This document shows, in pieces, positions 21,136-24,000 of a DNA stretch of 24,000 bases. The DNA is taken from contig SXSU01000092.1 of the NCBI GenBank assembly GCA_005793345.1, forward strand, positions 111,316-135,315. Direction: 5' to 3'. The position numbers and the translations under genes are program-made. The first letter of the stretch is position 1; each line of letters begins with the position of its first letter. This DNA comes from Bdellovibrionales bacterium (GTDB lineage: Bacteria; Bdellovibrionota; Bdellovibrionia; Bdellovibrionales; Bdellovibrionaceae). The notes under the pieces were generated by a model. The model saw only the letters and a list, made by a program, of their open reading frames with translations, made no database searches and was not told the DNA's origin.

Positions 21136-22425
21136 ATGTTTAAAAATGTTAAAGTATCAGAAGATAATATAAAATACTTAAGATGGTTATATGTAATTAG
21201 CTTAATAACTTTTGCTATTTATATTTTAAAATATAATTTTATATATCATTTGTATGAATATAACTTGGTAATTCTCCCTACATTTTTAATTATATTTTTA
21301 TGTGGTCCACTTTATTATTTTACAAAAAATAACAAATTAGCATCTATTATTATTTTTGTATTATCAACTTTTCTTGTCTCTTTTTTTATTTATACAGCAG
21401 GAGGAATGAATGCTCCTGGAATATTTTGGGTTTGTATTTATCCATTTGTAGGAGGACTTCTTTTTGGTTTGATAGGAAGTATTTATGGTGGTGTAACAAT
21501 GATTATAAGTTATTTTATATTCATACTTTTAGATTATTATAAATTAATTCCCTATCATCAAGCAATCCAAGCTGAGTTTGAAAATGAAAAAGTAACAAAT
21601 ATTTATACTTTCTCAATTGTAATGATTATAACAACTTTTTATTTTTTAAAAAATGAATGGAATACTCAAGAATCATTAAAAGAACATCAAAAAGAAATTG
21701 AAGTATTATTTAAATTATTAATGCACGATGTGGCAACTCCAGTTACAGCAATTCAAGGAGCCGTTAACTTTATAAATAATAAAGGAATCGAAACCGAAAT
21801 TACCAAAAAATATTTTGGAACAATCGAAAGATGTTCTCAGATAATTATTAATATTTTATCACAAGCAAGAAGTATGACTGCTTTATCTGATGGTAAAATT
21901 CAGTTTAAAGGTGAGGCAACAAATTTAAATGAACTTTTAATTAGTTCTGTTGAGTTTGTTAAAATTAGAGCTGAAAGTAAAAAGATAAATTTTATTTTAA
22001 AATTAGATCCTAAAGAACCAACTATCTTTATTGATCAGAGTTTATTTAAGTTGGCGATTCTTTCAAATCTTTTGACAAATGCAATTAAATTTTCTTCTGC
22101 AAATTCTGAAATTATTATAAGTTCATTATTAGATAATAATAATGTCATAATTGAAATTAAAGATCATGGGATTGGAATACCTAAGGAAATATTAACTAAA
22201 TTGTTTGATGTAAAAGGCAAAACGACTCGGGCGGGAACTCAAGGCGAGTTAGGTACTGGATATGGTATGCCAATAATGAAATCCTTTGTTGAAAAATTTA
22301 ATGGAAGAGTTGAAATAGAATCCGTTGTTGCAACTGAAGAAAATAAAAGTAGTGGTTCAACTTTTAGGTTAATATTTCCTATTTATGTTGCTCGAAAAGC
22401 TTTTAAAAGCTTGGCTAAGGTCTAG
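21136..22425 (+). CDS. sensor histidine kinase with a polytopic (about 6 TM) N-terminal domain (429 aa)
   Basis: H-box is LLMHDVATPVTAIQG (His197). N-box is LLTNAIKFS. G1 is IKDHGIGIP and G2 is GTGYGMPI. The N-terminal 175 aa are almost entirely hydrophobic helices. No response regulator is adjacent. Confidence 0.85.
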   Translation: MFKNVKVSEDNIKYLRWLYVISLITFAIYILKYNFIYHLYEYNLVILPTFLIIFLCGPLYYFTKNNKLASIIIFVLSTFLVSFFIYTAGGMNAPGIFWVCIYPFVGGLLFGLIGSIYGGVTMIISYFIFILLDYYKLIPYHQAIQAEFENEKVTNIYTFSIVMIITTFYFLKNEWNTQESLKEHQKEIEVLFKLLMHDVATPVTAIQGAVNFINNKGIETEITKKYFGTIERCSQIIINILSQARSMTALSDGKIQFKGEATNLNELLISSVEFVKIRAESKKINFILKLDPKEPTIFIDQSLFKLAILSNLLTNAIKFSSANSEIIISSLLDNNNVIIEIKDHGIGIPKEILTKLFDVKGKTTRAGTQGELGTGYGMPIMKSFVEKFNGRVEIESVVATEENKSSGSTFRLIFPIYVARKAFKSLAKV

Positions 22426-22450
22426 TTTCCAAATGTAAAGAACTTAAATC

Positions 22451-22480
22451 TTGATAGTCATCCAGGTCTTTTGTCATAAT
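22451..22480 (+). promoter_or_regulatory. sigma-70-like promoter candidate upstream of divIVA
   Basis: TTGATA (22451-22456), an 18-nt spacer, then CATAAT (22475-22480). GGAG lies at 22508-22511, 8 nt before the ATG at 22520. Confidence 0.35.
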
Positions 22481-22519
22481 TTGGGGAGATCAAAATTACC
22501 TCAGAGCGGAGTTTAGTTT

Positions 22520-23083
22520 ATGAAAGTAACCCCCGTTGATATTGCACATAAGAAGTTTAATAAAAGTTTTATGGGTTTTAATCAAGATGAAGTTTCACAA
22601 TTCTTATCGGAAGTATCACATCAGCTTGAAGAGTTAATAAAGGAACGATCTCAATTAAAAGATCTTGTGCGTGAAAAAGATTTAGCGTTAATTGAATATA
22701 AAGAACGAGATCAAATTTTAAAGACTACAATTACAAATGCATCACAAATGGTTGAGCGGATGCGTGAAGATAGTGAGAAGCAAGTGCAATTGATGATAGG
22801 TGAAGCAAGATTAAAAGCTAATGAGATTGAAAGAGACGCTCACCAAAATCTTAAAAATATATATAATGAAATTAATCGATTAAAGAAGTTAAGATTACAA
22901 TATGAAGCAAATATGAAGGCTATGGCTCATGCACATTTGTCACTACTCGAAGAAGGACAAAAGCACTTAGGGTTTCCGACTTTAAACTCATCAGAAGAAG
23001 CAAGCTTAAATGAACTTGCAGAAGAAAGTAATTTTAATAATGTAGTAACAGGAATTTCTCCTCTTTCTGTAGATATGATTTAG
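22520..23083 (+). CDS. divIVA: DivIVA-family cell-division / polarity protein (187 aa)
   Basis: The N-terminus MKVTPVDIAHKKFNKSFMGFNQDEVSQFLSEV matches the DivIVA lipid-binding domain signature (lTp.di..k.F....rGY...EVd.FL). The rest is coiled-coil-like. Confidence 0.85.
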   Translation: MKVTPVDIAHKKFNKSFMGFNQDEVSQFLSEVSHQLEELIKERSQLKDLVREKDLALIEYKERDQILKTTITNASQMVERMREDSEKQVQLMIGEARLKANEIERDAHQNLKNIYNEINRLKKLRLQYEANMKAMAHAHLSLLEEGQKHLGFPTLNSSEEASLNELAEESNFNNVVTGISPLSVDMI

Positions 23084-23133
23084 ATTTCATCAAGAAATAT
23101 TTTATAAACAAAATTATCAATTAGGAAAATTTT

Positions 23134-23871
23134 ATGAAAAACATTAGAAAATTATTTCAACTTAGTCTTGTAAGCATAATTCTAGTTTTTATCCAAATTC
23201 CAATCGCAATTGCTAGGGGTGGTGGTGGCGGTCATACGTTAGGTGGATTACTTGCTTTCACCTCTCCAAATCAAAGTGATATAAATAATTTAATCTCAGC
23301 TGCAAACACAAGAGAAGGTGGAATATCCACAAAAGAACTTGGTAGTGGTTATGAATTAACTGGAACTTATCAATATCGATTTAGTGGAACAATGTTTGCT
23401 ATTATGGTAAGACCATCTTATTTTATGCAAAGTCAAAAAGGCAAAGGTACTTCGGGTGGTTTTGATTATGTGCTTTCAGGTTGGACTTTATTTCCTATGT
23501 TTAAAATGATTCCTTTAGAAAATAGTTTCATTAAATTTTTTATGCAAACAGGTGTTGGTTACGGAAGTATGTCAGGTATGATCAGTGAAGCAGGTTCAAT
23601 GGTAACTTTCAAAACAGGTTCTTTTGGAGGTGTGTTAGGGTTGGGTGCTGAATTTTGTTTTACTGATGAGCATTGTATGAGTTTAGAGGGCAATATGCGA
23701 TACCTACCATTCGAAAGAAATATTGCAACCGATGTTGTTACAGGCAATGGCTTTGCTGCTGGCAGTTTAACTAATGCTGTAAAAGGTCAAGAAGTTGAAT
23801 TAAACAATAGAGATTTAGGAACAACAATGTCTGGGATGTTAGCTACAATTGGATATGTTTATAATTTTTAA
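23134..23871 (+). CDS. outer-membrane beta-barrel protein (245 aa)
   Basis: Signal peptide MKNIRKLFQLSLVSIILVFIQIPIAIA. Gly run RGGGGGH. Alternating Gly/aromatic strands. The C-terminal GYVYNF ends in Phe, as is typical of BAM substrates. Confidence 0.7.
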   Translation: MKNIRKLFQLSLVSIILVFIQIPIAIARGGGGGHTLGGLLAFTSPNQSDINNLISAANTREGGISTKELGSGYELTGTYQYRFSGTMFAIMVRPSYFMQSQKGKGTSGGFDYVLSGWTLFPMFKMIPLENSFIKFFMQTGVGYGSMSGMISEAGSMVTFKTGSFGGVLGLGAEFCFTDEHCMSLEGNMRYLPFERNIATDVVTGNGFAAGSLTNAVKGQEVELNNRDLGTTMSGMLATIGYVYNF

Positions 23872-23967
23872 ACTCATGAATAAGTTTAAGTTGCAGTTAT
23901 AGTAAAAATAAAATTGGAATATATCTTTATAAAAAACGATATTTTTAAAAAAATAGAAGGGGTGAGT

Positions 23968-24000
23968 TTGTATCTACATGCTCAACCTAATTCTTCAAAA
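23968..24000 (+). CDS. 5' end of a probable DUF167/YggU-family gene (partial, runs off the window)
   Basis: GAAGGGG Shine-Dalgarno at 23956-23962, followed by TTG 23968 (or GTG 23962). The peptide (VS)LYLHAQPNSSK resembles the conserved N-terminal strand of YggU proteins (L.l.v.P.a...). yggS and divIVA are nearby. Only 11 codons are visible. Confidence 0.3.
   Translation, partial: MYLHAQPNSSK

Noticed and set aside
17640-22430. Integrated mobile element or prophage with its own recombinase
   Set aside because: No integrase, transposase, terminal inverted repeats or tRNA target was found. Only direct repeats and a truncated gene support past recombination, so I describe it as an accessory stretch, not a defined mobile element.

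Overview
The window is AT-rich (roughly one-third G+C by eye, not computed) and densely coding, from a Gram-negative-type bacterium. The gene content (TolQ/TolR-type pair, beta-barrel outer-membrane proteins, TadC-type protein, DivIVA) suggests a Bdellovibrionota/Oligoflexia-like lineage, but that is only an inference. I recognised no rRNA, tRNA, CRISPR array, transposase or integrase.

Left to right:
- Two membrane-anchored hypothetical proteins, one with a degenerate PHP-like N-terminus.
- A minus-strand pair: a CpoB/YbgF-like TPR protein and a FecR-like secreted protein.
- An outer-membrane barrel fragment with no signal peptide.
- An ATPase_2/DUF234-type ATPase ending in a PD-(D/E)xK motif, bordered by a GC-rich repeat array.
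- A TolQ/ExbB plus TolR/ExbD pair.
- A sulfatase-superfamily protein with a degenerate active site.
- A 6.6 kb, six-gene, translationally coupled minus-strand operon: an orphan TadB/TadC-type protein, DUF192, three membrane-anchored FHA proteins carrying four FHA domains, and a PP2C-like protein lacking the catalytic aspartates. No kinase lies in the window.
- A Maf-YggS fusion followed by proC.
- An accessory stretch of about 4.8 kb. It holds two ~100 bp direct repeats (97/99 identical) around a truncated SLT-like fragment and a lipoprotein, then two tandem AAA_14/DUF4143 ATPases with PD-(D/E)xK motifs, then an orphan histidine kinase.
- divIVA, an outer-membrane barrel protein, and a probable yggU/DUF167 start at the window edge.

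The best candidates for something undescribed are the TadC-like/DUF192/FHA/pseudo-PP2C operon and the repeat-bounded ATPase-nuclease region. All family assignments come from motif recognition by eye. No database search was run.
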